Assembly (NCBI GenBank): GCA_026025075.1 | Contig: JAPEUI010000005.1 | Location: forward strand, 248,001 to 311,090 | Direction: 5' to 3' | Origin: Vezdaea acicularis | Taxonomy: Eukaryota | Length of the DNA: 63,090 nucleotides | Shown here: positions 9,351 through 23,737 of the stretch, piece after piece | How the letters are laid out: the number at the start of each line of letters is the position of its first letter | Numbering within the stretch: the stretch's first letter is position 1 | Notes under the pieces: generated by a model | What the model saw: the letters and a program-made list of their open reading frames with translations, nothing else | Database searches by the model: none | Told to the model about the DNA's origin: nothing | Program-made: the position numbers and the translations under genes

Positions 9351-10760
9351 ACCTAAACCCACTTACTCGAACCGCTTTGTCCTCGCACTTACTTGAGTGA
9401 GTGCGTGAGTCACTGAAGAGTGAGGCTAGGGATACAGTGTATCAGGCGAGTGGTGTCAGGGAGGAAAGGGGGCGGGCCTTGATGGCTCTCTTCTCTCTTC
9501 TCTCTTCTTTCAATTCTTGTGCTTTCTTCCACCAACCCTCTTTTTCCCCCTTGGAGCTACCCGGACTCGTGCCTATTGCGCAGGGGGGCTGGAAAATTTC
9601 ACGCACACACATACATTTCTGCGCTCGTGCATCGCGTGGCTGGTTCATAAAATATACGCGCATGGGAACTCTGGGCATGGGAAAATGGATATGAACGGCA
9701 GCGGCGGCGGCGGCATCGGGACTGGACATGGACTTGGACTTGGTCATGGACGTAGATCGGTAGGGTCATGGTCGTGGTCATGCGTTGGTAGACTATAGTA
9801 GTTGGAATACATACACCCTTCAACTACGATCCGCAGAGAATAGTCATCGCGCTACAGTAGCGTCTTTTGGCGACGTGCTCTCGTTCTGCTACGGTTCATG
9901 CTTACTTTGTGAATGCGTGATTCTGTGGGGATGTCTCGCTCGTGTATCGGGCTGTGAATGTCGGGGTGAGGGAGTTAAGGGCTGGGACGACGGTGAAGAC
10001 GTACCGAACGTTTCCAGTATGGCGGCGACGAAATACTTGACCGGGTTTGTCGCCACGCCACCGCGTGGCTGACAGCGAGGTGTGGGAAGCTGTGGAAGTC
10101 GGCGAATAGGCTCGTTCCTGTAGACCTTTTTGTGATTGGTAGGTGGCACACTGCTTGGCCGCGGAGAGTGGGTACTTCGCTGTTCGAGTGCTGGGGCGTA
10201 GACTCCGAGAATCATAGTCCATGTCTGACATTCGTCTCTAACGGCCGGGTACCTTGCAGTGAGTGGCCTCGCTTAGCTTAAATTAGGCTTTTCCTTCGGG
10301 AGGGCGGAGAACGGGGGGAGGAATGACGGAAGCTGGGATGATTGGTTGGTAGCGAGTTGACTCGACAAAGCTCACTCGACTCGGCTTTCCGCGTCAGACT
10401 CGGGGGAGAGTGTGGATCAAAACATTACGCACAGGCACCGGCTTCACTGCTTCCATAACAACGGCTTGCAGGTTTGTCGGCCGGACTTGAGTTTAACTTT
10501 CACTTTGGACTTTCAACCGAATTTATTGTTGGTCGGCGGATTGGGAAGGCAGTGTGAGGTCTAAGAGTTACGGTAGCTGGGTGAGTGGGTGAGGTGAGCG
10601 GGCAGGGATTTTGCGTTCACTTGCATTCTCCGCGTTACCCCCCCCCGGCAAGTTTGGTGAGGTCGACGGGGAGTGAGTTGCGTCAAAGCTTCTGAACTCT
10701 ATTCTCGAGTTTTGTTTGTGAGCACAAAGAAGCAAGCTCGCTGCACGCTGCGGAAGAACC

Positions 10761-13541
10761 ATGGCTCCAAGAGGTCCGTCTACTTTTGGGAGACGCACGG
10801 CAAAGGAGGTGAGTCTGAATGCTCTCGGTGGCTTGCCTTTGTAGGTGATGGGCTACTTTGTGATGCTGACTGCTGCCTCTTGGAACTGTAGAAGAGCCTG
10901 GATGCACAGCTACAACATGACATCGCTCGGGGAACCGCCGACGAGTTTCTCAAGCCATCGCGAAAGCGGTCTTATGGCGAAGGAGTGACACCACAGCAAG
11001 AAGACCCCGACTCCATCCAGGCTGATGCCTCAGATGGTGATGGGGAAACCAATAATTCATCTGTTCGTGAACGTCAAGTCAAGCGGAGTCGTTCGAGCGA
11101 ATGGCCGCTGCCGGTTCCCGACCAGATGCCTGTGCAGTCCGTCAGCAACACTCTACGCCGCTCGAAAATTCCTACGGGGTCTCCATCGTCGCAGAGAAGG
11201 CGGCATGCAAGTAATAGACTGCAAGAGCCTCGATCTTCAGCTTTCCTCGAGGGCAGCATGAATGATCGAGTCAGCAAGGTTCCGCCGGTGGACTTCACCT
11301 TGGGAGACTACTCGAAGAGTCAGTCTGACTTGCTTGCTGGGCAGTCGAAAGAGCAGTATGATGCAGGAATTGCTGGTAAGTGATTAGGCAGCAGGGTGTG
11401 GTGTTTTGTTATCCTAGACTGACCTATGTGTCCAACCATAAGCGGACAACAAACGCCAGACGAACATCTTTCGATTCGGGAGGTCAATCGCTGCCGCTGT
11501 CTCCTCGGTGTTCAACTTTCGTAAGGAGTCTTCTACCTATACACAGGACGGAATGGATGAGGATGACAGAGATCTCAAGGCCCAAAAGCTGAAAGCCGAG
11601 AAGGTATACAAGGAGCTGAAGGATCAGGGAAAGCTTAGAGGTCTGGCCACCATGCCACCGACTAAAGTCGGCGTAGCGCACAAGGCTGGTTCTCAGAGTA
11701 CTGCCTCACTTCTACAACCAAATTTCAAGCGAGATTCCGGCGTTGATGTCGGAGAACTTCGTTATTCGGAAGATGGGAAACGGGGTAAACATTCATTCGC
11801 AGATGATGCGGCACTGCTAATTCCCCCGTCGACCTTTGGCGCCAGTTCAAAAGAGCCTGAATCTGATGCTTCCTCCCCTCGCAAGTCGGCTTTCTCGTTT
11901 CGAAGACCGTCCCTCGTCAACCTCAAAAAGGCAAAGTCAGTAGCAAACCTCTCGGCCGCAGAAGATAAACAAGGCTCTTTGGGACCCGAGTCCGCTCTAA
12001 GCGATGCCACAGAACAACCTGTAACCAGGAACACATTGAAGAAGAAGCCGTCCAAAAAGGATCTTCAGAAAGAGCAAAAACTGCGAAAGAGAGTGAGCGA
12101 TCTCGAAGTCAAGGTGGAGTCTGCCCGGCGCGAGCTGGCTAAGTTCAGAGGAGAGGATCTTCCACCGGTCCCCAGTCTGCCGTCCCATGTCGCCAGCAAG
12201 CTGGAAGGGTTCCAGCGTACTCAATTGTATTCACTCCCGTCCGAACGACTTCTCAAGTTGCCCGCTCATGAGCTGGCTCAGCACTCTGAATCTCATGATG
12301 CGCAGGCTAGCGATGCGTATTTCACCTCTGCAGAATCCCCGACGAAGGCTGCATTCAGGGGGGATGTGGAGAGTGGGTTGACACATGAGAGCCTGGCGGT
12401 TGACAAGGCCGTCCTGGATACTGTGGAGGACAGCCAGGAGCTCGATGGGGACCCCGCTGTCTCGCAGGCTTCCTTGCAGAGACCGCAGGAACTTCCCAAA
12501 TTAGCAGAAGAGCCAAACGCGCAGGAGATGATGGGGAGTAAAGTACCTTCCAAGGTGGCCCCTATCAGGAAGATGCTGCCAAAGAAGAGAAAGAGCAATG
12601 ATGAGGATGGTGTCTTTAAGCCTGAGCCAGAGAGCGACGAAGATGACAAAGAAGATGAAGAGGAGGAAGAGCCGGTCAGGAGAACAAGAACCTCGCGACG
12701 AGGCAGAAGGGGTTCGTATGGCATTTTTCCAAAGAAATCCCAGAAATTTGCCACAGGAGATAGTCCTGGGACTCGGAGACGTAACTCTGGGGCAGAAGTC
12801 AAGAAGGAAAACATTAAACCTGCGCCTACTACGCCACCGAGACGAGCCTGGCGTCCTCCAGGGCAGGCGGAGAAGGTCTGTAGTCCTCAGCCTTCGGGCA
12901 ATTTTACAGTTTGCAGCCCTGGATCCTCTAAAGGCAATCCTATTGAAGTGTCTGAGGATGACGCCTTGGCCGATAAAGAAAGGAAGCAGCCAGCCGACCC
13001 TCGCAGCTCGAACCGAAACTCTAAGGGAAAAGACATGTCATCCTTGTCCGAGCTTGGGCATAGCCAGAGAGATGCCGCTCAAGGTAACACCGTTAACCCT
13101 CTCGTATATGGACTGTACTAATACTTTACAGCCGTAGTCATCAGTAGAGTTGCTACGCCCGCGCGCCGCGTCAACCACCAGCGCAGCCGCTCCGTCTCGC
13201 CCGCTAAACCTGGTCTCGCTCAATCGCTCTCGCCGCCTCCTTCCCTCTCATACTCCAAACCCACCACCGCCCGGTCTTCAGTCGAGGACGATGTCATCTC
13301 GGTAGTTCCCGACACCGGAACAGTCCCCGCCATGCCCAGCCTTCCCCTGGAATTCGTGGCTGCGGGCAAGCAGAAGAGTTCTGGAGCAGCAACCCTCACA
13401 AAAGCTGCTGCGGTATCCACTGGCAAGAAGAGCAAAGTTGAAGCTGATCCCAGCGGCGGTTTGGGGACGGGACGTCCGGGTGAATCGCAGATGATGGAGA
13501 TAAAGAGAGAAGAGTATGAATGGCCGGAAGACGTTTTTTAG
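10761..13541 (+). CDS. Conserved fungal hypothetical protein, largely disordered, with coiled coil and C-terminal EWPEDVF
   Basis: ATG at 10761; introns ~10809-10891, ~11376-11442 and 13084-13131. The last intron links the long ORF to the ..EEYEWPEDVF* exon. Coiled-coil segment KKDLQKEQKLRKRVSDLEVKVESARREL. Confidence 0.75.
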
Positions 13542-14618
13542 AGGTATGACTGCGTTCACCTTCGTTGAGCGGTTCTGGTGGTGAGGGGAGAGAATGGTTA
13601 GATGTGTGGTTTGCGATGGATCGTGAACCCTTCATATGAGCTCCCCCCCCCGGCCCCTTTTTCTTTTTTCTTCTCGATGCATACATACAAGCCAAGGCAT
13701 CTGGCATACACACCCGGCTCCTTACTCTCAGGCGAAAGAGGTGGAGTCCTTCCCCAAAAGGAAACCCTGCAAATAGCATTACGTGGGATAAGCTCTCATG
13801 CAGACATCTTTTCTTTTCAAGGCTGGGACTGCTTAGCGGGGATATTACCGCCTTTCTCTTGAATTGGTTTGCGGTTTGCTGGGGGTTGCGGCTTGCTGAA
13901 TGACTGGCTAATTGGCTTCGGGCGCTGCGGACCAGGTTGCTGCTCGGGGCTGTGCTGACTTTGCTTGGCCTCACTCTGGCTTGATGATGGCTAGCTCTAG
14001 AGATACGAGTTGCCGTAGAATGAAAAAATGAACATTGAATACGGATACCTCTTTCTTTTCTTCGACGCCGGTGTATGTGGTCATATGGCGTGATTATGCA
14101 TGTGGCGGGATGGTTTGATTGTGGACGTGAATGTGGATGTGACCTACGATCCATGACCACGCTCGAGGTGAAAGTGAGCCAATATTCTGGATTCCCCATC
14201 CCCCATCCCCAGTGGAAAGGGGGGGGGGGGAAGGGGGGGAAGGCGGTGCGTGCGTATCAGGGTGAAGCAGATGAATTGAGTACGAGACCAAGCGTTCAAA
14301 GTGGTAAAATCCCGCTGTAAGGGGAGGTGTCTCTATTAAAATTATACACTCGAAGCGGAATAGATAGATAGATGCGCTATAGGCGCCAAAGAAAAGTGCG
14401 GGCCGCTGTTGCGCCCACTACAGGGAAAAAAGGGATGGCTGTATGTAGCGCCGGACCCCCTCCTAACAAGATCGTGCGATGAAAAACCAAAAAGGACCGA
14501 TGTACGCCTGATTCGGACAAGCAAAAGCTGTGTGTAATCAAAAGTTGCCTCCCAAGCCGCGATTACACCAAAAAGCATACAAAAAATAGGAAATGGAGAA
14601 TGAAAATATAAACCGCAC

Positions 14619-17600
14619 TCAGAGAATCTCCCAGACGCGGCGCTCGCCGTTGCGCCAGCGTTGTACCTCGTGGCCAAACGTCTGGGCACTTGTATAAAGC
14701 TGGGGAAGGCTGTTCTTCAACATCATTACCATGACGAGAACAAGGAGCGGGATCTATGTCCAACAAGTATTAGCCATGTTCAGAGATATCCCAATGTGGT
14801 AAAACAGAGAAATGCGACATACCCATATGAAGAACAGATTCCGGTCTGACCTGATCCTCTTCATCTTGATGGCGTGCTGCCTCCTCAACTCCTCCTGCTG
14901 CTCCCTGCTCAGACTGCCCTTTCGTCCGATCCTGAGCTCCAAAGTCAAGGGATCTATGCTCTGCTCCTGATTCGTGGTCGCGACTGCCACCTTCGAAGAA
15001 GACGTCAAGGTGGCCGCGCTAGCAGTATCGAACATTTGAGCGCACTTGTGATCGGCAACAGTATCCGCTGCCATACGAAGCTCCGACGCCTTCTTCGACT
15101 CACGATTCCGCGCCTCAATCTCCGCTTGAGGATAGATATCCTCGTAGGCGGGCGGTGCGGCAGACCCAGAGAACAACTCCCACCATTTATAATCGACTTC
15201 TTTGCCGCCATCGTCCAGCGTGTTTGGACGGAAGCTAGTCCGTAATGGCACGAGCGAGCTTAGCCGCCGCACCATTGGATTCGGTAGATACGTTTGGTAG
15301 GTGGGGAGGTTCGGAATCTGTGGGAGGTTAGGTAGGTTCCAGTGAACGCTTTGTTGGATATTCTGTAATTGAGTGGAGAACTGATTCCGCCAGGCAGCCA
15401 TGCCTGCGGCCGCCACATCATTGCGATGTGAACGATCAATGTCAAGTTCTTGGCGACGGTCAGAATTAGAGTTACGACGGGATTGATGTCGGGAGTGACT
15501 GCGTGACCGATTCCAGAAGGCAGGATCACGAAGCTGGTTGACCTCGTCGCCATCCTCGTCAGTGTCTCCCGAGCCTGATGAGTCTGTGACTGCGTAGTCG
15601 TTTAGCGGACCACTCTTGAAGGCTTGCTGAACACATGTCGGCGAATCCCATAGCGACTTCAGAGAGACGGCGCTGGTGCCTCGACTTCGTATGTTATTTG
15701 GAGGCCCGCTTCTAGTACGTGAATGATGTTGGATACGGCGAGTGGACAATAGAACTTCTTCTGAAGTAGCCAGATCCGCAGGCATGAAGCCTTGCAAACT
15801 TCGCATCGTAGGATCAGCACCATTCAAGATCAACCGGCGTACAATCTGAGGATGATTGCGAAGTGCAGCAAAATGCATGGGTGTGAATCCACCCTTGTCG
15901 CGTGGATCTGGGTTCGCGCCTCTAGCCAGCAACGCTGCAACAAACCTGTGCAATCCCATCGCGCACGCTAGGTGTAGCATGGTCTGGCCGGATGGCCGCC
16001 GAAGGTTCAAGCGAGCCTGATGTGGACTATCATCTAGGTCGATCAGATCTAGGAATTTTAGCAAGCTTGCTTCAACATCAAACATGCCGAGCATCGCCGC
16101 GTTATAACCACCCTGATTGTTCTGGTTACCACCTGTGGGTGAATTTGAAGTGGATGGTCCCCAGGAATGCGGGCCTGGTCCGACAATCCTTCTGGCAATG
16201 TCTCGTACATCATCCATCCTCCCCGTCATCTTATGACCGACTACACTAAGCGCCATCTTGAGAAGCTGCTGCTCATTATCATCGTAATATTTGAAAAACG
16301 CCTGCGGCTTCGCTATGGGAGCGCTCCCGTATTGCTGCATCTGCTGCTGATGTTGATGCTTGAAGGTGACTGGAACAGTGCCAGGTTGAGCAGACGGAGG
16401 GAGAAGACAGACGAGGGACGATTCTCCCCAATACGTCGTTGTTGTAGCTAAGCAATCGCCGAACAAGACCTCCAGCCCTTGGCAGAACCCGCTCCCTAGG
16501 CATGTGATCTCGATGCCCCCATTCTGCGGACCTTCATTAGGGACAAGCTTGTGGATTGTGGGTGGATGATGCGGGTTGATGCCTATCGGCATCCCGATCA
16601 AGCCGTTGGCCACAGCCTGAGCAATCTGCGCATGGGCTTGATGATATCCTCTCTGGCCACCAGGGCTTGGAGGGCGGCTCGGATGTGCCGAGCCTGGTGC
16701 AGAGAAGATAGGTTGCATAGGCAGGTTCTCCATACTATGCGACCTATTTGTAGGTCCAAAATAGCCATGTTCATTGCTATTTGGAGTAGGCGGGCCAGTG
16801 TTGAATTGAGGGTGGATAGACGGTGGTTGTGACATGAAAGCAGCGTCATTTTGAGGTATGTAGGGTGGGAATCCTGGTGTATATGGTGAAGGTGCCGTGG
16901 ACGGATTGGTGCTAGAAGGGCCTGCAGACATTATATTCATATTGGTTTGCTGTGGCGAGGTTTCGATTTTAGTCATAGCAAGACCGCTTGGAACTTTGCT
17001 CGCCCCACTAGACTTCCGCTTCTTTGCTATTGGGCCTACTGGATTGGATACAGAAGCCTGCCGGGATAAATTTCGTGGCGTAAGGGTTGCAGAAGTAGCA
17101 TGTGTCGGATGATTAGACACGAATGGTACAGGTCCCTGGGTGAACTGCGGCACGAAGTCATTTTGCTGTAATCGCTGAAGGTCAGAGCTAGAATGAGACA
17201 TCCTAAAGGGGGCAATTCCTGTTTGGGAAGGGTGCATATCGTAAGCAGGACCAGATGCGAAGACGCCTGCTCCAGGGAGATGTGTGGTGTCTGAGATGCT
17301 TGAAGCTTGAGAGTGAAGAGTTGCAGGACCGGCATGTGTCTTGTGGTCATCAGTGATCATTATAGAGGAGGTGATTGCTTGGGCTACAAGCTTGTCTTCA
17401 TGATCTTTGATGGTGAAAATAACCCTAAAGATCCAAGTTAACAATGGCCTTACAACCGAGAGACCTGGAGACTTACTGGAAGCCAACCTTCTCATGTTGA
17501 TGACGGCAATAGCAAGCTATGCGCATAGGCGCATCGACTTGCATCGCCCCTTCCGGCACCTCCGGCGGAGGCCGCTCGACAACTTCATCCGCTGGATTTT

Positions 17601-19254
17601 CTCGAGATGGGCTTGCCCATTCTTTGACTTCATGGCAGTTGAACACAATGACACGCCTCTGCTCGTCATGGTGCCACGATTCTTCCTCTTCTACTTTTTT
17701 GACTTTCTTCCTTGCAGCGCGCTTCCTTTCGCGAGTTATGCAACCGGGACAAATGTTGACCTCACCACCATGCAATGGGCTGTTTTCGTCCTCTTCGTCG
17801 GAGGGAGAGTCATCCGCGGAAGACCGGCGTCGAACCTCTTTCTTCACGGTGTCCTTGGGCTCGTTACTGGCTGCACGAGCGAAAGCACGCTGCAATAATT
17901 CCGGGTTTTGCATAGCACTCGTACAAACTAACATGGTATGTAGTTCTAGAATTTCTGGAGACTTTGCTGGGCTCGGCTTCGCAAGCAACTTAGGCTTGGA
18001 TATAGTATGAGTCGGCAGATGTAGTTTTGTGACCCCAGGAGGCATCGGAAATAGAGTCATCTTGATAGGTATCTGAGTCTCAACCCGAGACTTTAGTGGT
18101 GTCGGATGTATCGTAAGCACTGGAGGAGGAGATAAGCCAGCCAGGGTGGTAGAGGGAGCGAATGGCGACGCAAGCTTATGAAGAAGTGGTGATGGCGTCA
18201 AGCCAGAATGAGACATCGATTGCGGCGAGAACGTTGAAGACCATTTCGGATTCTCAGAAGATACAGAGAATATGGGATCTTTCATGCCTGTGTCACCGGT
18301 ACTACTCGGTGAAGGTGAAAAATTGCCAAGAATGGCCGAAGGCGAAGATTCTTGACTTGTCACCATTGCCGAAAACGGAGAAACCTCACGAGAGTTGCCC
18401 ATCGAAAAGGCCTGGCGAGAGGCGTGATGAGCGGTCCGCTATGATATGCCGCTGATTAGCTTAACAATCTAGAAATCGTAGTTTAAAATCTCCTGGGCTG
18501 GACTCACGGTACGCTTGCCGCTGCCGTTACGATTGATGGCGTTCGTGACTTTAGGAGAACCTCGATATGGCATATTGTAATTCGGTTGCGGCATTGACTG
18601 GCTGAGATTTGCCGACTCGTAGCCAAGCGGACTGGGGCTACTTGCAGCACTATCGAAGTCGAAATGAGTTTCCATGGCCTTGTTACTGCTTTCGAAATCA
18701 GGGTCCATGCCGAGCGGATCTAGATTTCCCTCCATAGAAGGGAATCGTGGGGTATCGAAGTTCCCAAATCCTGGCCCATCGCCTCCCATCATCAGATCAT
18801 CGACCTTCCAGTCGTTCATGTTCGAGTCCTCAGTCATCATGACATCCGCACCAATCAATGCTGATCGAGATGAATTAGATGATGACTTTCTTTTGCGATT
18901 GCCGTATGAGTCTGAGGATGAACCTTGCGAAGAGCTTGGCGGGGACTCGGAAGGCAAAATGGGCATCAAATGACTATGATTGAGCTCATTCGACAAAGAC
19001 GTCGGTGGTTGAAAGTTCTCGTGATGGAGTGAATTGTCGGCGGAATCACGCTTGATAGTGGAGCCACTAGTCAGGGCTCCAGGATATGTAAAGGCTTGTG
19101 ATATCTCGGTAGGGTCGTCCTCGAGAAAGTGATTTGTGAGTTCTAGGTCGCCTTCTTTTACCTGTACTCCCATATCCGTGCCGAACATAAGTGGAGAGCC
19201 GGGGCTTGAGCCTGTCGAGAAGAATATACTCTGGTCAGTTGGTCTCATCGCCAT
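14619..19254 (-). CDS. SPT23: SPT23/MGA2-family membrane-tethered transcription factor (IPT/TIG domain, ankyrin repeats, C-terminal TM)
   Basis: KSRVETQIPIK, RIACYCRH, SIMITDDHKT; IPT domain (IHKLVPNEGP..GGIEITCLGSGF); ankyrins (GQTMLHLA, GFTPMHFAA); DRNLFFIW spliced to IPLLVLV TM exon ending at TGA 14619. Confidence 0.93.
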
Positions 19255-21596
19255 TAACGACTAACAGCGAGCGATCTAAGCGCAATGGAAGTTAAGGAGT
19301 AATACGATCGTTGAACGCTCGATATGATAGGCTTGAATCCTTCGCAGTGGGAAAAATTACCCTTTCTTTCTCTTTCTAAGTGAAGTTTCCGACAAGTCGC
19401 GCAAGCCTATCGTAATGGGATGCAACTCAATGGCTGCCACTATTGACAAGCCATGACGATGAGGGCAAAGTCATCTATGATAGACGGCGATGGCCATGGT
19501 TAGAGTAAGAGGTTGATCAAGGCGTAGTGCGGCTGAAGCCTGGTAGAGGGATATTGACGGCAGCGGGAGTCACAAGAGAACGGTCGTCGGCTCAAGTGAG
19601 CACGGTCTTGCAGAGCGGGCAGAAGGATCCAGATGGCCGGTGCGCTTTAGGAAGATCCACGCAAGCGACGAGCGGAAGAGGATGGCCGAGTCTGGGAGCG
19701 GAAGTGTTATAGGAGAGTCAAGGAGGGTGCGAAGCCGATGAAGAGCAACAGGTGAGCTGGGAGAGACCCGCTGTGGTGCAATGTAATGTGGGGAGGCCAC
19801 GATTTTGCAGCAGCAACCGGTAGTCTAGAGGTCGAAGCACCGCTAAACTTAACGAGGGCTGGCGCAATCATGCTCGACTAACAGAAGCAGGTAAAAATGC
19901 CTGCCACCCGCCACCCGTCATGGTAAGGAAATATCTTAAACCATCTGACTCTTCCGTGATCCTCCGTATGCACAGAGCGATTGTACTTCCAGCAGTCCGC
20001 AGTGCTGCGAGGCAGCGGAAAGCGCAGGTGGCAATCAACGACAGTCTTTCTTGGCGGAGCACGGAGACATGTTTGGTGCTTTCACGCCCCGAAGACAGGG
20101 GTCAAGTTGACCCGAAGCAGCCCACTTCCTTTGCACATGGCGGCGATCTATATGATGTGACAGGGACGCCGTCCTTTTTACGAGATCGTTGATCCTTCTT
20201 TGTTGGCTGAGAATGCCTTTTTAATACGAAGCCCACGATGATTCGGTGTAGCCGCGGTGTAGCCACGGCCATATGATGCATCCTTAAACGACGCTTTGCC
20301 CTCTTTGGTATGGTGCCCTGCAACGAAGTCCAACACCTCCGCATTTTCGAAAGTTCCACTTCCACGAGCACCGCCTTATAGGTCGGAATGAAAAGTGAGA
20401 TCGAGAGCCAGCCCGATACCACTAGCCAACCAATCGTGAAGCTGTGACATAATTCTTTGCCTGGTTTCCTAATTTTGCGCATGGCGGCGCAACCCTAACT
20501 ATCTATGTTAAGATAACCTATGGGGAGGCTACCGAACCCGGGAGAGGCTGTTCGACTAGTAAAAAGGCTGCCAGTATAAGGAAAGATGGCGTCTATAAAA
20601 ACAGATCGTCACACAAGAAGTCAGTCGTCACCGTGTGTGAAGTAGTAGGACTAACGATTGATCGAAGAGAATTCTGCTCGTGCGGAAATTCTGTACATGT
20701 GGTGGCAGTGCGTGCAAACACACTGCATCAATCCTGACACAGAAACCCCTATGTGGCTGACACTTTGAATGAATGTCAAGTTACCCACCAGCTCACCAAA
20801 AGTCAATCCTTCAACAGCAGTTCTCCCTTAATAGTAGAACGTTTGCGTAATGACCGAGTACTCGTACAATGGCGTATCTCTCATGAAATGGGAATCAATT
20901 CATGTTATGAGAAGTTTGCTCATTAAAAGAGAAGTCAAAGTCACTACGCAAAAGTTGTCAGACGACTTCTGGGTCTCAAATTGTTATCTGCTGCGTCGGA
21001 GCGATGACCATAGCCTTAGACTACTGGTCATCCTTGCCCATCAGTTCAGGTGCTGTGCTGTGATGGTGATGCTCATTTCCCGCGTAAGAGTATAATCGAA
21101 TTCAGAGATTCGGTATAGAAGCTATAACTATCACCTGGCGATCTCATGGTCTGTACTTTTACACAAATAAAGTCTCTTTACTTTGGGTAATTGCCTTCCT
21201 GCTTCATGTAGTGGTTATCGGACCACTCTTTGAGCAAGTTCCAGGCTATTATCTATTAGTGTCGAGTTTCCTGCGCCCTGATGTATCTTTTCGAGATCGC
21301 CTGAGCAAAACCGATTTTGCTTTCATTCGGCCATTGGTAAAGTCACATTGTACTAGGTGTAATGCTCTGAGCTTGCACATCTTATGCCCTTGTATTCAAA
21401 AGAGCTAGTGCTAGTAGATTGCTTATAAAATCCTTGATAACAGTCTGATTGACATCCACGACCCTAGCCCAGTGGAGAGTATCCACCTCGTAACCTTAGA
21501 TTCATGTAGCTTGATGACATGTAACAAGGTCTTAGGAAAGATCCTTTCAGTAGTAAAGATCGACCACAAGGCGCCTGCTAACCCCAATGCAAAGCC

Positions 21597-23481
21597 TCAT
21601 ACTTGTTCATCCGGGAAACGAATCGTTCGATCCGCTGGGGCGTTTAATTGCTTGACAGAGGCAATAGCGTCTGGATCAGCTTCTGCGGTACCTGCATTGG
21701 GTCCGTCTAAAGGGATAGTTGAGCCTCCAATACGGAACACCTGCCTAGCTGGATCCTTGGGGCGCGGTAGGCGGGGGGTACCTCCTGGTGGAGTACTGTC
21801 CACATCTGGACTGCCGTGAATGCTTTGAGGACGGACATGGAAGGCAGGGCCGTCTTTACTGCTGGAATCAAATGCATTCGAGATTGTTCGTGGGAGATGG
21901 AACCAGAGCTTTCCGACCGGTATACTGAGGCCATGCACAACCTGAGAGGCGTTAGTTATCTCGCTGCAATGGGAAGCAGATGACCCACAATGCTACAAAT
22001 TGCTAGGAACCACACTACAACAGTTATGACTTTTCCAAGCTCATCCGCATCGGGTCGTATCTTTCCATCTACCGTGACCTCAGCAAGGAATTCGAGGGTA
22101 ACATATAGATAGAAGATGGCGCCAACACCCATCGGCCCAAAGAAGCCCACGAAAAGTGCTTGCTTCTTTTCTTCGATTTGATGAATCTTCTTATGCATTG
22201 CATAAACGACTGGAAGGCGGCGGAAGAGAAGGATAAGGATCCCTAGTGGTATTAATCGGTAGATAGGGATGATGTCGTTTCCCGCAAAGCTAGCCCATGG
22301 ACATACTGCACCGTACCATAGAAAGATGGACAAGTTGAGTAGCATGTCAATGGTGGGCTGTAGAGAGTCATCGATTGTTTCAAGCCGAAACCAGTCACTT
22401 TGGGAATGTGTCAGTGATGCCATGAAAATGGATAGCTAGGATCACCAACTCGATTGTGAAGGCATTCCCAGCAACGAAGCAAGCCAGAACGTCATCACTG
22501 CCGACCATGCCGCAGGTGCCGACAATGAAGAGCTACAGGATATTAGACCGAGAAAGTCCCTGGTTGGGAAAGACCTACTGCCAAGGCAATTGCGAAGACG
22601 AGGAAGCTTTCCCGATCAACGAATTTTCTAGGATATGTTAGTATAACATAACGCTCTCTGAGAGACGGGCTTCAACCTTTGTTCGGCCCAATGCAACAGT
22701 TCTTTAGCTGCCCAGCCGACAACAACACCATATACAACACTTAACAAAATGGTATAACCCCACGTTTCGCCGAACCAATAGCCCATCGCCTTTGCTGCTC
22801 CTCCAGTCTGACCCTCACCGCCGCTCCCAACATATTTGATGAGATAAAGTGCAAAGAACAAGAAAGGATATCCCAATCCGTCATTAGCACCAGACTCTGC
22901 AATTACGATCTTTTGCAAGTCTTTAGGAATGTTTTTGTCTGCAAATTTGCCCTTTAGGAGGGAATTTGACAGGACTGGATCGGTTGGAGTGACGCATGCT
23001 CCAATTGCCAAGCTGTGCAGAAAGCTCAGATTTGGGACCAAAGCCCATATCAAAAGACTAGAACAGATCCACATGCCTGTCATACCAGGGCCAAGCAAAA
23101 GGGCGAGACTCCTCCATTCTTGCACGATATATCTGCTGGGTAATTGTACCCCTGCAAGAACAAGCTGTACACCAAGGACTAGACGACTGAAATAGAGCGT
23201 GATCTTCTTCAAATCATCCTCTGACCCAAGTGCATAATCAAGCGGTCTGACGACGTTTGCCGCATGGGGTGAGAATATGACCCCGGCAATGAGTGAAATC
23301 ACTAAAACATGCTTAGCGGGTTCATCCTTGAAAAGCACCCGAGAGACTGAAAAGTGGACTAACGTGCTTCAGAGAGGTAGAACTTTTCTTTGAAGAGATA
23401 AGACACCAGACCAAACAAGGATATGAATCCACCTAATACCGAGAGCACGATATTGAAGTTCGTTATGGCAAGTGTAGGCAT
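21597..23481 (-). CDS. Na+(K+)/H+ antiporter, CPA1 Nha1/Sod2 family
   Basis: Starts MPTLAITNFNIVLSVLGGFISLFGLVSY. Motifs ACVTPTDPVLSNS, ESGANDGLGYPFL, LFRRLP and FFGPMGVGAIFY; multi-exon. Confidence 0.92.
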
Positions 23482-23617
23482 GGTGACTTCAGTATCGGCC
23501 AGTCAATATGAAAAAAGGGTATGGAGCACGAAGTGAATGACTCCAAAGCAGTATGAAGCTGCGTAAGTTTTCCTCGGATTTGTTAGACCTAGAAATGGTA
23601 GGGTGATAAATCACTGA

Positions 23618-23737
23618 TGATTTACCGCCGGCGCCGTATCGACAATGGCGTCTTTACGCCAGCCTTGATTTGCTGCCAGCCACGTATCGAAAACGGCTTC
23701 TTTACGGCAGCCTCATATCGACAACGGCTTCTTTACG
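23618..23737. repeat. Degenerate minisatellite (two ~48-bp units plus a partial third)
   Basis: Shared block cRtatcgamaaYggcKtctttacg at ~23635, ~23683 and ~23714. Confidence 0.75.

Noticed and set aside
20490..20499. CAACCCTAAC resembling a telomerase RNA template
   Set aside because: A single 10-mer is expected by chance, and I could not identify a supporting pseudoknot or CR4/5-like domain.
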